Assembly (NCBI GenBank): GCA_040954595.2
Contig: CM082595.2
Span: forward strand, 3,085,943-3,149,942
Length of the DNA stretch: 64,000 bases
Reading direction: 5' to 3'
DNA from: Balanoglossus misakiensis
Taxonomy: Eukaryota; Animalia; Hemichordata
Below the pieces are notes generated by a model. The model saw only the letters and a program-made list of their open reading frames with translations, did not search any database and was not told where the DNA came from. Within the stretch, counting starts at the first letter, position 1; each line of letters starts with the position of its first letter. This document shows positions 14,861-26,800 of this stretch, piece by piece. Made by a program: the position numbers and the translations under genes.

Positions 14861-15373
14861 GACACGTTTGACCATGGGCGGTTTCTTCCAACCACTTTAT
14901 TTGATCCCATATACATAAGAAGAAAAAAACTAAAATGAATATTATTCGCTGTGCATGCATGTGGTTGAGTCTATCGGTATGATCCGAAGACTATTTCCAT
15001 AGTGACAAGTTATTGCTTAAATAACAAATATGCCATAATAATTGTGGCTTGTCATTTAAAAAGTGTATTAGTACGTAGATATGCGTGTAGATCTGAACAA
15101 TATCAGTTCCAGAAAGCGTGTGTACTTCATCCAACTGTTGATAGTCACACACTTTTAATAAACATGTTCAAAACATATATCCGAAACCATATTTGGGAAG
15201 AGTGAAAAATTAAAGAGGCATGCATGCATAGTTACATGGCACATGTATATGCATTTTCAGAAACTATTATCTATGTTATGTAATTTACAAGAAGCTGCAA
15301 CCAATGAGTGGGGTTTTAGTCCTTCCTCGTGTGAAAGTATCACATCCTTGATAGAAGACCAGTTCATGGGCTA

Positions 15374-18300
15374 CTAACGTTCTTGTTCACTGTAGACAAA
15401 AAGACAAAATTTGGAATTATTAGAGAACGCTAATATGCCGATTTTAGCGTAATGACCAGAAATGATTCTATGACCATATTGAGTGAAAAACTCGCCAAAA
15501 TGAATAATCGGTGTTTACCATTCATTCATTTTGGCGAGACTTTTACTCTCATGTCCCACAAACTGGATGGAAGTTGTGTGTGGTCGAACGTTGATTCACT
15601 ACCGGTATATATCCCCATGTAGAATAACATAAGCGGTGTCTTGTATCAAATATAATTAATGGAAAAAGGGCAGCAAGAGAGAGAGACTTTTCCACTGAAA
15701 AATATGATGCTTCTACGCGTATACGAACCTAAGTCTTCTCTTACAAGGGAATATCATATAACTGGCTGAAGTTAATACAGTCTTCGCAGTCACAGGTGGG
15801 GTGATTTTCGCAATACCCAGCCACACAGCAGTACAGTTTACCCTCACTCCTCGGGTCACACCCAGCAGCTGTATTACCATCGGTCATGTAATTGCCACCA
15901 CAACGTCTATCAGCGCGCGTTACAGAGACACCTGTCAGCAATGAAAAATGCACGTGGTGTGACATCTAAATGAAACAGACGACTCATGAAAAAATATGGT
16001 GTAACTTAACTATAAATAAGTCATGCGGGTTGGGAGTACAGCAATCTGATTATGTTCAGATGTAGAGTTAGGCGCTGGTGATAGTTTGGGCTATTCCGCT
16101 CTACCGACTGTGGCTGTTCTGCTCTCTGTCTTGGCGCGGCAGGGGCGTAGGAAGCAATTCATGGTTAAAATTAAAATAATTTAAATACATAATTAAAGTA
16201 ATATATGAATAAATTAAAATGACAAGTCATTACAATATGTGGTTGGTAGAATTGGTAAAACAAGAGAAGTGAAGGGAGTACGGTATAAGGTGAGGCAGGA
16301 AGTCCCCCCCCCCCATCCCGGTTCCTACGCCTATGTTTCATAACAACAACAACAACAACAACTCACTGTAAACTGGTCGGTAATCTTTGCAGTCATCACA
16401 GAAGCACTCATCGGCAGTCTCCCCGCATCCTCCGTTCGCCCCACAACAAGCGTAGATGGTGTCTGTGCGACATTCACTGGGTTGACGATTTGACAGAGGG
16501 TAATTAGGGCCACATTGGTAATCCGACCGCCATTTTGTACTGCCTGCATTTAGGAACATGAGAATTAACACATCGCATCTCATCAACGTGTGTGATCCCT
16601 TGGCATTTTCAGGGAAAGCGTGGAGTATGCTTACTATATTCCAATTATTTGCCAGAAAAACTATTCCCCTTTTATCATTGGTGTAGGATGGAAAAGATAT
16701 TTCCAGTTATTGAGATACTTACATACAGGTAGATCTTGCCACGAACCACTGACACACTTAGAAGACGCTTTACCTCTACTGATGTAATAATGGTCATCGC
16801 ATTTGAAAGTTACAGTTGAACCTATTTGAAAATCGTCTCCTTCTCTTGTGCTATGCGGCACAACGGGTTCAATACACATAGCTGAATAACGGAGAAAGTA
16901 AATATATTTTCTTCTAGTGTATGTATGTACAGTGTTATACAGTGTATTTTTGAAACAAACAAAATTTAAACATTTTTAGGGCAGTGATAGATATTAAATT
17001 CAATGTGAACAATAGCTGGATATGGTTATTCATGAACACATACCTCGATCTCTCACGCCTGTATTGAGATGCAGGGAGAAAAAATATAAAACCGTCATTT
17101 CATAAATACGTGTATCCATAATATGTACATCTTAAACCGACAGTGGTATTTGCAATTAGTCTGATTACAAGTAAGTAAGTAAGAAAACAGTAAACAAACA
17201 ACAAACAAAGTATGCAACTATATAAGCAAGTAAGCAAACACGTTTAGACAACCAAAAAGTCAATCGGTCATGTGTTATTCTTTCGCAGTTGAAATGCCAT
17301 GTGCGTACCCATCCCCATCTGTCCCTCTATAACACTTTTACAATGGGTATCATTTAAGCGTCTCGAAACACTGATAAGAACTCCAATATAATTAGCCCGA
17401 GTAAACTGAGATTGCTATGCTGAAGTCCGATGGTTACGTTCGTTTTTTGATCATTAGAACTGATTAGAGCAGTTCTGTATCAACACACTCTGGATGGTGT
17501 CCTGCTTCGAACATGTCTAAAACACATGTGTACACTGAGAGGGGCAACAGGACATGTTGATACAGAGCTATGTAATCGGTTATAATGATCATTGCAAATG
17601 TAACCAGATGCCAACTCATTCATAAAGTCTTTGATTACTCTGGCTAATTATATTGGAGTTCTTATCAGTGTTTCCAGACGCTTTAAAATGATACCTGTTG
17701 TACGTCAGACTTACATGTTGGAGGATCTGGTCTCCATTTTGTGTGACTACACAGAATAACACCAGCTCCCTCTATAGAGTAACCGGTATTGCACGTGTAG
17801 GTAACAGATGCACCGTTGGTGTATGTTGTTCCCACTTTACTTCCACCATCAATATCTCCAGGGTCGCCGCAGTTAGCTTTGGGTTTGAAGGAAGACATAT
17901 CACCATGTAAAATTAGTCACTGTAATGTGCCTACAACCAGGTATTGCACGACGTAGCTGTAGCGACGTGATACTGTAATACACTTTATTTTCGCGAGCAA
18001 TTAATTTTTCGCCAAATACGCGAGAGCCAAAATAGCGTGAAAATAAAAAGTCGCTTAAATTGTTTTTGAAGATAACGATGCAGTGAATGAAATAAGAGAA
18101 CGCAAAAATTAATACTCGCGAAACAGTGGCCTCTCTCGATATCGCGAAAATTTTGACTCGCGAAAATAAAGTGTTTTACAGTACTTACTTAAGCATTCGT
18201 TATTGGTGGCTTCAAAGGAAGTACCGTCTGGACAGGTTTCAACACAAACGCCTCTACTCCATTTACAGGGACAAATTCTGCGAGAAAGAACAGAAACAAC

Positions 18301-21300
18301 ACTGAGAGTGTATCCCGCCTATTTTAGCTGACCCTGTAATTTGATCAGGTTGTCCGTCCATCGTCTGATGTCTGTCACAACTTGTCTCCTCTGAGACCAA
18401 GGGTCTGATTGCTTTGAAATTTGGTAGGCAGGTTCCTAGGGGTGACCTAAGTAAAGTTTGTTCAAATTGTTTCTGAGCTGCAAAATGTATAGACATATCG
18501 GCTATGGTGTGATGTCAGTTGATCAAGGGTGATCATTATGTAAAGCTGGAGTTTGGGGACTATTTTAGCTGTTCAAAACAAACTGTCACACTCCTCAGCC
18601 AGCATGTGGGTAATTAATTCTCCAAGACGTGAACCAATCCATTTTGTAATTCTCATGCTCACATTGATACAATTTCACTATTCCCTAAAAAAAACATGAA
18701 ATCACTCTGAGGAGTGTGACAAAAAACTTGTGGCAAGCTTGTGGCGGGAAACACATATTGGCTCTGATGCGATGGTTAAGATGAAAACGGTTACTCACAA
18801 GTCTGAACCATGCGACTGAGTAGGGATGTTACAGCTTTGACCGCATTCTGTTACCACGCCCCTGGAGATTGTGATCGTTTTGCATTTGTTGCAAAGTGTC
18901 GGTGAGGGAATGCCATTCTCAGAAATCAGGCAACCTGTATAAGTGGGTAAAATTAATAAAATATATTTAAATTCATATGATATTTAACGCGTCATGGTGG
19001 CAGTTGCGTTTATTGGCGATGCCATGCCACCGACAACTTTATCAAAAATCTTGGCATCAGTCATGCAAGGCATATGTACACTTTTCAACCACATGTAAGA
19101 ATATCCAGCACCACTTACTATAGTCTGCATCACACTCTTCGTGGCATCGGCTTTTGCAGAATATCACCTCATGTTCAGTTGTCACTTCTGTTCCCACGCC
19201 GCAATTTGTACTTGAGATTATCGAGCGAGGGGAGACGTTGACCGTCGTTATGATGACGTTGCTGAAGATGGAGGAAAAAGTTTTGTTGACTTCCGGACGA
19301 CAGTCAGTCGGGAGAACGAACTGAAAGGCGCGTCTAGATCAAACATTTATCCAGTATTGTCAACTATAATAATTATTACTATTCATATAAAAAAAATGCC
19401 TTCTGCCCTTTTTTGTAATAGAAGCACCGGGAGAGAATTTTCTCTCAAAATTGGGGTGGTTTAAAGCAATTTCCTTAACCCCTACCCCTTTCTTTTTTTT
19501 CTCTGTAGGTATCCGTCATTCTTGAATCGTATTGCGACAGGTGTCTTCGTAAGTCATCATTATCAAGTCTTCTGTATACAACTCTAGATGTTGGAAATGG
19601 CGCATGGGCAATGAGTGTGACTCTCACCTTCCGGAACTCCCGAATGCATAGTAAGTAGGAATTATTGGATTGTGGCTATCCTTGTAGGCGGCGTACACCA
19701 CGCGTGTTTCTTCAGAACCCGAGAATTTGCCATATTCAATGAGAATTGCGCTACCGACCATTGACATGCATGCGAAGTAGCCCTGTTGCAGTTTGTCCGA
19801 TCCGAGACCGCGCGAGTTCTTGTTTTCTGTCGCCGTTAGGACGTGGTCGCCCTGAAATGCAGGAATGCAGAATGTGAACTATTTTTGTGCACGTCAAACA
19901 TTTCCATAGGATACTAAGTCGCATTTGCATCTTGAGAATAAACACAAGAAATATTGACATCTGACCATGTAGCATAGACTAGCCAGTCCCCAAAATTTTA
20001 ACTACAGTAAAGCAAAATTATCCCTTATAGTCTTAACCAATCGGAATGAGCGGTGAATGTCACGTGATAATTCTAAGCCAATCGAGAAACATGTAACATA
20101 TAAAGTGGGAAAATTGAACGATGCTAGTGTATACCTTGTAAATTGTCGCCCCTTGTGGGCTGATGTCGATGTAGTACCAGGTCCTTCTGCTCTTTGGTAC
20201 GGCCGCAAAAACAACAAAGATCGAAGCCTGACTTACGGCGCCAAAAAATATACATTTGCCACCGCCTATCGGGGAAAAAGAGGTTTCAAAAGATTCAATA
20301 TTCTGTGCATCGTGTTGTTCGCAAGAAAATTTTATTCTGGCTGCCTAAACATTTTCTTCATAGCATAGTGTAAAATCACATTACCATAATTGTATACATT
20401 TGTATTATAATCTTCAAGTGCCTAATTCTACATGGTTAGAAATTTCAAGTCACTTTCAAGCAACAAACCCAAAATTTTACCAGTTGAGAGTGCACCCCCG
20501 GAATTCTACCTGCTGAGAGTACACCCCCGGGTAGAGCTCCACTTGACAAGACAGCATCATCAAATCTCTCTGCACTTACTTTTCACATCAAAAGTTTGTA
20601 CGTTGGACCATTTCACGTTGCAGGGAACACGAGTGGTTAGCGAAGTCGTCAACTGGCTTTGTCCTGGACGGACCCGTGATTTGGCCGGCCATTCCAACTT
20701 TGCAACGAATCTGTCTGAAATAAGAACAGAATAAATTCAATGTTATGGAGAACTGTCATTTTTCACTGAAAATCTTTCCCCGATGATAAAAATACACGTA
20801 CACAAGAAAAAAAAGTAATGAATCTTACTTTTTAAGTCGTTGAATAATCTCGGCCACAGCCGCTTCGATGCAATGTAGTCGTCTGAATTCATGAGTAGCA
20901 TATTTGTGTTCTCTGAAAAGGTAAGAACCAGTCCGTACACACAGATCTTCTTGTTGGATATTTCGCCACAACCACCGTTGGCCGAGCCATCGGACAGACG
21001 CTCTCTCCCATCGCCTGTTTCCACAAACCAGCGATTGGCGTAGTAGTGAATCTGGTGGAGCAGACGACAAAATCTGATTGATCGCATCACTATCTCAAAA
21101 AGACACGATGCACAAACAAATTCAATGTTGTGTTTGGACCCATCTATGAAATACCTTAATTTCTTATAGGGACACATGTCAGCAATTCTTCGATATCAAA
21201 TGACGCCAGACGCGCTCAGGCGGCAGTTACGTTCGCATTCAAATTTCCAGATGACGGGCAACTTCAACAGAGTGTCCAGACAAAGACAGTGCATACGAAA

Positions 21301-24300
21301 TGCCAAGACGCTGATAAGGCACCATACCTGATACATGTTACGTGTTTGGCGGCTCTAAAGTAAAAACATACTCAGAAAATCTTTTTCTGGATGCCGAAAT
21401 ATTGCTTGCCCGTCATCTGGAAATGACAACGCCGTGGGTCACATGGCTAGATCACGTGATTGATAGTAAAGAATATTGATAATGCCTTAATACATGCTCA
21501 CAAAAAAATCCCAAAAAAGAATATTACTGGGTGTGGTATGTGTTACCTGGGCAACAAAGTCCTTGCTGATTGATTTACCAAGTACGCCCACTTCGATATC
21601 GTCCTCCATTTCAAAGACTATTGTTACGGACTTGCCTTGCATGATGTAGTCCCAGTTGGGTCGTTCCTCCGATCCTCTGGTGGGAGGAACAAATCCGCAG
21701 TTCTCATGGCCAGCTGAGACGGAGAAATCAGACTCCGGAATAACGCCCTGAAAAGAGAGAAATATCCAGGAAATGTGCAAAAATAGACATAGGTGCAGTA
21801 TGTAAGGGGAATTGTGGGTAATTGACCAAACAACACACTAGTACATGTAGTACCAACACTATAATACAATGTACAAGTCAAACTTGCCTATAACAGCCAG
21901 GCAAGGGGCTTTCCTTAACTGGCCTTTATAGACAGGTACCTGTCAATTAATGTGTACATGTAAATTGCGCAGGGACTGTAACAAAGTGGCCCCTGTATAG
22001 AGGTGGCCACTAACACAGGTTTGAAATTAACTGTATAGACACACAAGTTTGCAAAAAAAAGCAGAAACTTTGTCTTGATGATTAATGAAAAGGCATAAGG
22101 CATGTTTTGTTTCTCGCAGACAACTAGAAAATTCAAAAAAGGAGAAAGTGAAACTACCTCGGACAAGTAGACGCTTGTAGCCTTCTCTAGTGCCGCGCGC
22201 CTCTGTGCAATCTCGGCCATGAAGACGTCTTTGCTCTTGTAACTACAGTAAACTTTCTTGGAGACATCTTCACCGTTCTCCGTTCTCTTAGAATAGTAGT
22301 AAGTCTTCTCATCGCTCCCTGTACCCTCCTTGTGTAGCAAGTCTGCCGGCAGGCTATTGCAGTCCCAACTGGTGCCATCATTGGGGAAAAGATCGCTGGG
22401 TTGGAAAAAGAGCAGATCGGTGATCGGCGCAATCCTGAACTTGAACGGTTTCGGGTATTTCGGTATTGAATCCAACCAGTTGACCAAATCTGAAAGAAAA
22501 AGCGATTTGATAAATTATTGTACAGTTGTATTTACAGACAACGGGAGCATAGGCTTATTCATGACAATTTGATTTAATTCCGTTAATATGATTTCATGGC
22601 AAGATATCATATCAGTCGGTCGCAGAAACTCTTAAAACACATGCATCTGTTATGGTGCGTCCGGGTTAAAGGTATACCGGTATGGTCACCTATGGAAAAT
22701 TAGCATGGCAAATTGAGATCTAGCCAATCACAGATTTTCAGTGGGTGGCACACGCGAATAAAAGAGCACCACCATATGTTCTTCAGAACGCTCAAATACG
22801 CCTTTTCAGCCATATATGGGCGTATGTAAATTGGAGGTGACTGTATACCTTTAATGCCTACACCCCCACTAAATGTAACAGTAAGGTAAAAGCATTGTCA
22901 TCTCATTACCTGTTCTGGTGGTGGGGGTGCCGCCGTCGGATACAAGAGCCGCGATTTCAGCATTCCCGCCGAGGGCCGTGATAGTGGTCGATCCGTAGTT
23001 GGTCTGTTTTGTCTTGGAATTACCACCGGACGTGGACATTTTGGCATGGAAGCTGGCGAAGAAGGCGTCATAGTCAACCTTCGCTTCCACGGCGAATTCT
23101 TCAACCGTTGTAAAGAAGGACGCCATGGAGGTCTTGCGCAGCGTCAGTCTGCCACCAAACTCGGCAGACTTGATGTAGTGGGTGCCCCATCGCAGGATGA
23201 AATCCTCTACAGAACAATCATATCGTTATTTTAAAGCCCCAATAACTGTCATTTTTTGCATTATTTATGTTATTTTACTTTCAAAGTAGAATGGTCAATT
23301 TAAATGAGCTGACTGATGGATATACAAAAACATAATATAAAACTCTTGTTGTGGCCTTGCATTTAAATATGAACAATTTAACACCTGTTTAGTCAGCCAC
23401 TCATTGCAAGAGTATACAACTATCATGGTTTGTTCCTTGTGATCTTCAAACATGAATAACTGTGTCTGATACTTAAAAGGCATTTCCTTTTTGCAAATAG
23501 TGTCACGTGACTTACGGTACTTGAAAGCAGCGTCGGAGGTGACGTAGGACTTCGGAAGTTCCATGAATTCCTTGACAAAGTTCACTGAGAGGTCACTGGC
23601 CTTCACTTCATCTTGAAAAATCTCGTATCTGTTGATCACACAAGCAAATGTTATCATCGAATAGGGTTGTTCCGATATCAAAGGGTTTGATATACAATTC
23701 AAGCTTTGAAACTATGGGTGCATAAATTGCCTTGTATTGTATAATTGTATTGTATTGTATTGTACTGTATGCAAGCGCCAGTGTGTCATTCTCTATATTG
23801 ACAAACCGACAGAACAAGCCAACCTGGTTCAATTCAACATAGGCATGTATAGAATCATTTGCATACCTGATGACGTCAATATTGTATTGTATTGTATTGT
23901 ATCATTTGCATACCTGATGACGTCAATATCCATTTGAGACATGAACATCTGTGTGTTGCTTCTGGTGGAGGTGCCATACGCGGAGGAGACTCCTGCACTG
24001 AAGAAGAAGTAACTGCCAGAGACGCCAGCTTCCGTCTGGAGATGGCTGCTGTATTCCTCGCGGCTTGAGAATGTGAACTGGCTCGACTTGGTCTCATAGA
24101 TACCGTGAACATTCATTGTGTCGGGCACATCTTCATCGTGGTACCTTCAGTCAAGAGTTTTAACAGTATACTTATCATGAGTACTTAGGGAGCAGTCATT
24201 ATTTACAGCCGGGGTGGGGAATTTCCCTAGAAACTCGAGTACCTCCCTACAACCGAACATGTGGAATCTGAGTAACCCTCTTCCAGTTTTCTATTTTTAA

Positions 24301-26287
24301 TTGACCAGAGCTCACCCTTATCAGATTCCTCCACGCCCCCAGCCAAAAATTATGACAGCTCCCTTATCAAGTGTGAACTGGGGAAAATGGTAGTTCTGAC
24401 AATTTGAAATCAGTTCAAGGAGAATTGAAAATGTTTTTAAAAATGGCCAAAAAAAGGAAAATACTTTGTTTGCTGTTAGCACATTTATTTTTAAAAGTTA
24501 AAAGACCAAACACTTCTTACGTTGACAATGCAGCACAGTTCCTCTGTATTATACTCATTTTCCGACTCTCAGGACTGTATTCACCACGCCCATCGAAACC
24601 AACTCCGATAAAACCAGCGCCCTCCATCATATCCTAAGAGAAATGTGACACACCAACAGGTAAAAAAAACCTCATTGCAATAAGTATACAATTTTCATTT
24701 CAAGAGATAGAAATCTTCTACCAATTATAAATGTACGTCTAATGACAAGTCTCAGATACCTCACCTTACACGTACTGGCAGACACTAGCCTGGTTTCGTA
24801 ACAAGGATCCCCTAGCTTGTAGCCACTGCCATAGCAACCGTTCCACATGACAGAACCTATATTGATATTAAATATTTTATTACACTGAATCTAAAAAAAC
24901 GTTCGTTGTGCTTTTATCATAACATTAGAGTCAGATTATGGTATGAATCAGAATGGCATCCTGTACTTGTAGGGCTTCTTATGGGTTGAAAATCAAGTGC
25001 TACGTACTGCCAAAGTGGTACTAAAATGTGTACGTAATATGCTTTGAAATGTGTAAGTTTGGGAAGAATTAGAGTTTATTGCCGAATCGCATGACATCTT
25101 AATATCCGAATAATAAAAATGACAACCCCGAGTGAACACAGATAAAGCACAAAAAAGGGTCGAAATGTTGGTGTATCCCCCCCCCCACCGATTCTTACTT
25201 TGAGCGGCAAAGGTTAAATTTGTCCTCCCCAACATAGTTGAGTTAATATGCCAATAAAGTTTGTCTTTATTCTCTTACCCATTCCATTGGGATAATTAAA
25301 AGCTGCTGGTTCTGTCGATGATTCTTCTGGTTTGTCGGCTTCTGTGTGTGCTGAAATGTGCCAGGCTGGGGGCGCTAGTAGGTCTTCTGTCATAAAAGTG
25401 TTCTGTGGTTGGACGTCAACTGTGGCCTGAAAAATCATTAAATGCAGATGTACAATCAATCAATCAACCAACCAACCAATCAATCAATGAGTCTGCCAGT
25501 CACTCACTCAGTCAGTTAGTTAGTCAGTCAGTCGGTCGGTCGACTGATCTATCGATAGACTGAATTCAATCAATCAATCAACCCATCAATCATGTACATG
25601 TACACAAGCATTGCCAAATTCGTAGCTTACCCCATTCCTTATGTAATCATTGGCTCTGTCGCCGGCTTCACCGATCTTCTCGAAAAGTTTCTCGGCCGTC
25701 TTCTCGGCGAGTTTGCCTCCAATTTCGATGGCTTTCTCGGCCACTATTGGTGGCACTGCCCTCTTGCGTTTTGGATGAGATTCCTCCGCGGCCGCTCGTT
25801 CGAAGTTCTCTCTCAGATGCTCCGGAATACCTAATCATGGAAATACAATTTTGTTTTCATATCTGTGGAGTCGAGGCTAAAATACGGCTGTTCAGTTTCT
25901 GGCTGTGTTATACTTCCCAGTGATTCTTGAGCATTGCAGTTGGCTATGTTTCAGTCGTTTAATTCTGTGAAGCAATTTCAGTTTAATTCTGTCATATCTT
26001 CCCAGTATTCTGCTCACCACATGTATTACAGCTTGTATATGCGCAGTAACTTTTGATAACGTTGGCAAGGGAATTCTAGTCCGGGCTTGAATTCAGTGTA
26101 CTGCTATAATAGTAATTGTCAAGATAAAACTCTTTTTATGTAGATTTATACAGAAGGAGAGATTTTGAACTGGATTTTCGCACAAATCACAATACGTACC
26201 AACATTTTTGTTTGCTATTGGTACTGAGTGTACGTAAACTGTGATGGTTAGAGAAAGCAGGGCAACAAACGTCCCCTGGTATACCAT
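15374..26287 (-). CDS. Secreted multidomain MACPF (perforin-like) protein with furin-like repeats, 2 sushi/CCP and 2 hevein-like Cys-rich domains, about 1203 aa
   Basis: 23 GT-AG coding exons with all phases consistent: 26287-26200, 25830-25631, 25426-25279, 24856-24765, 24633-24521, 24144-23914, 23628-23516, 23206-22910, 22489-22158, 21747-21547, 21051-20829, 20714-20580, 20265-20135, 19851-19628, 19261-19119, 18934-18799, 18277-18189, 17876-17715, 17058-17044, 16881-16723, 16543-16367, 15931-15745, 15389-15374 (sum 3612 nt). Signal peptide MVYQGTFVALLSLTITVYVHS. MACPF signature WGTHYIKSAEFGG (23189-23151) plus GVGFDGRG, ALGG and WLDSIPKYPKPFKFRIAPITDLL motifs. Confidence 0.9.
15490..15695. 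repeat. Dispersed repeat in the last intron of the MACPF gene; inverted relative to 13595-13748
   Basis: Direct sequence comparison within the window. Confidence 0.75.
17044..17058 (-). CDS. 15-nt microexon of the MACPF gene, (C)VRDR(A)
   Basis: ttttttctccctgcatctcaatacag|GCGTGAGAGATCGAG|gtatgt; phase 1-1; completes the T|GC Cys codon that closes sushi domain 1. Confidence 0.75.
17355..17685. mobile_element. Fold-back MITE with ~50-bp TIRs and TTAA-like ends
   Basis: ttaagcgtctcgaaacactgataagaactccaatataattagcc matches the reverse complement of ggctaattatattggagttcttatcagtgtttccagacgctttaa; internal arms are also inverted. Confidence 0.85.
17971..18183. mobile_element. MITE with TA-flanked TIRs
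   Basis: TACTGTAATACACTTTATTTTCGCGAG ... CTCGCGAAAATAAAGTGTTTTACAGTA. Confidence 0.88.
18321..18480. mobile_element. Fragment of a Helentron/HINE-like interspersed repeat
   Basis: ttttagct... start, gtccgtcc tract, then cttgtctcctctgagacc...gattgctttgaaatttggta, a layout typical of this repeat class in marine invertebrates (recalled, not searched). Confidence 0.45.
21871..22035. mobile_element. Tc1/pogo-like MITE (CAGTCAAACCTG-end family), degenerate
   Basis: tacaagtcaaacttgcctataacagcc...ggccactaacacaggtttga; related to the copies at 51474-51661 and 52440-52668. Confidence 0.6.
22666..22854. mobile_element. MITE with TTAA target duplication (Kolobok/piggyBac-type ends)
   Basis: TTAA-AGGTATAC...GTCACCT and AGGTGACTGTATACCT-TTAA. 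Confidence 0.65.
24186..24366. mobile_element. MITE with ~18-bp TIRs in a MACPF intron
   Basis: tagggagcagtcattattt ... aaattatgacagctccctta. Confidence 0.7.
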
Positions 26288-26737
26288 TGTCTGAAAATGA
26301 AAAAAAAGAACAAAACTCTGTTTTTTTATGTTTTTAGACGAAATCGTAAGTTTGGTATGTATGAAATGAAATTACTTGAACGAATTTCACAACCAGTCGT
26401 GGAAGCCCTGTTGGTCTTACTAAGAAATGCGGAAAGTAAAAGCAATTTCCTTTTCCAGTGAACGTGTCAACGTTTGCTATTAAAACTCTGTTTCGTTGTT
26501 TGGAATTCTGACTCAAGAATATTCAACCATGTCCATACATCATTGTTTCAAGCTCGTCCAGAAGCTATCTCTTATACATACTTGATCATCGAGGAATTTG
26601 TTAATTTTTAAGTGGAACAAAAATATTTTGATATGATTTAATGATTCAGAAAGGTTGGAAATTAAATGCATCTGATATACTATCCAAGTATCAAAGATCT
26701 GCAAGTTTCAAAAGTTACTGTTTGTTTAGAAACCTAC

Positions 26738-26800
26738 CTTGAAAGCAGGAGACACTGTAGCGCGTTGTACCTTCTCTGTTGGATTGCTGGTGCAATGGCA
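26738..26800 (-). other. Probable non-coding first exon of the MACPF gene
   Basis: Donor AAG|GTAGGT at 26738; the ATG exon has a clear acceptor (ttttttttcattttcag|ACAATG) only 3 nt before the start codon; TATA-like TTTATAT at ~26826-26832. The 5' end is approximate. Confidence 0.5.

Noticed and set aside
15374-26287. Naming the MACPF gene as complement C6/C7, perforin-1, MPEG1 or apextrin
   Set aside because: It lacks the TSP1/LDLa/FIMAC, C2, transmembrane and ApeC modules that define those families; no gene symbol assigned.
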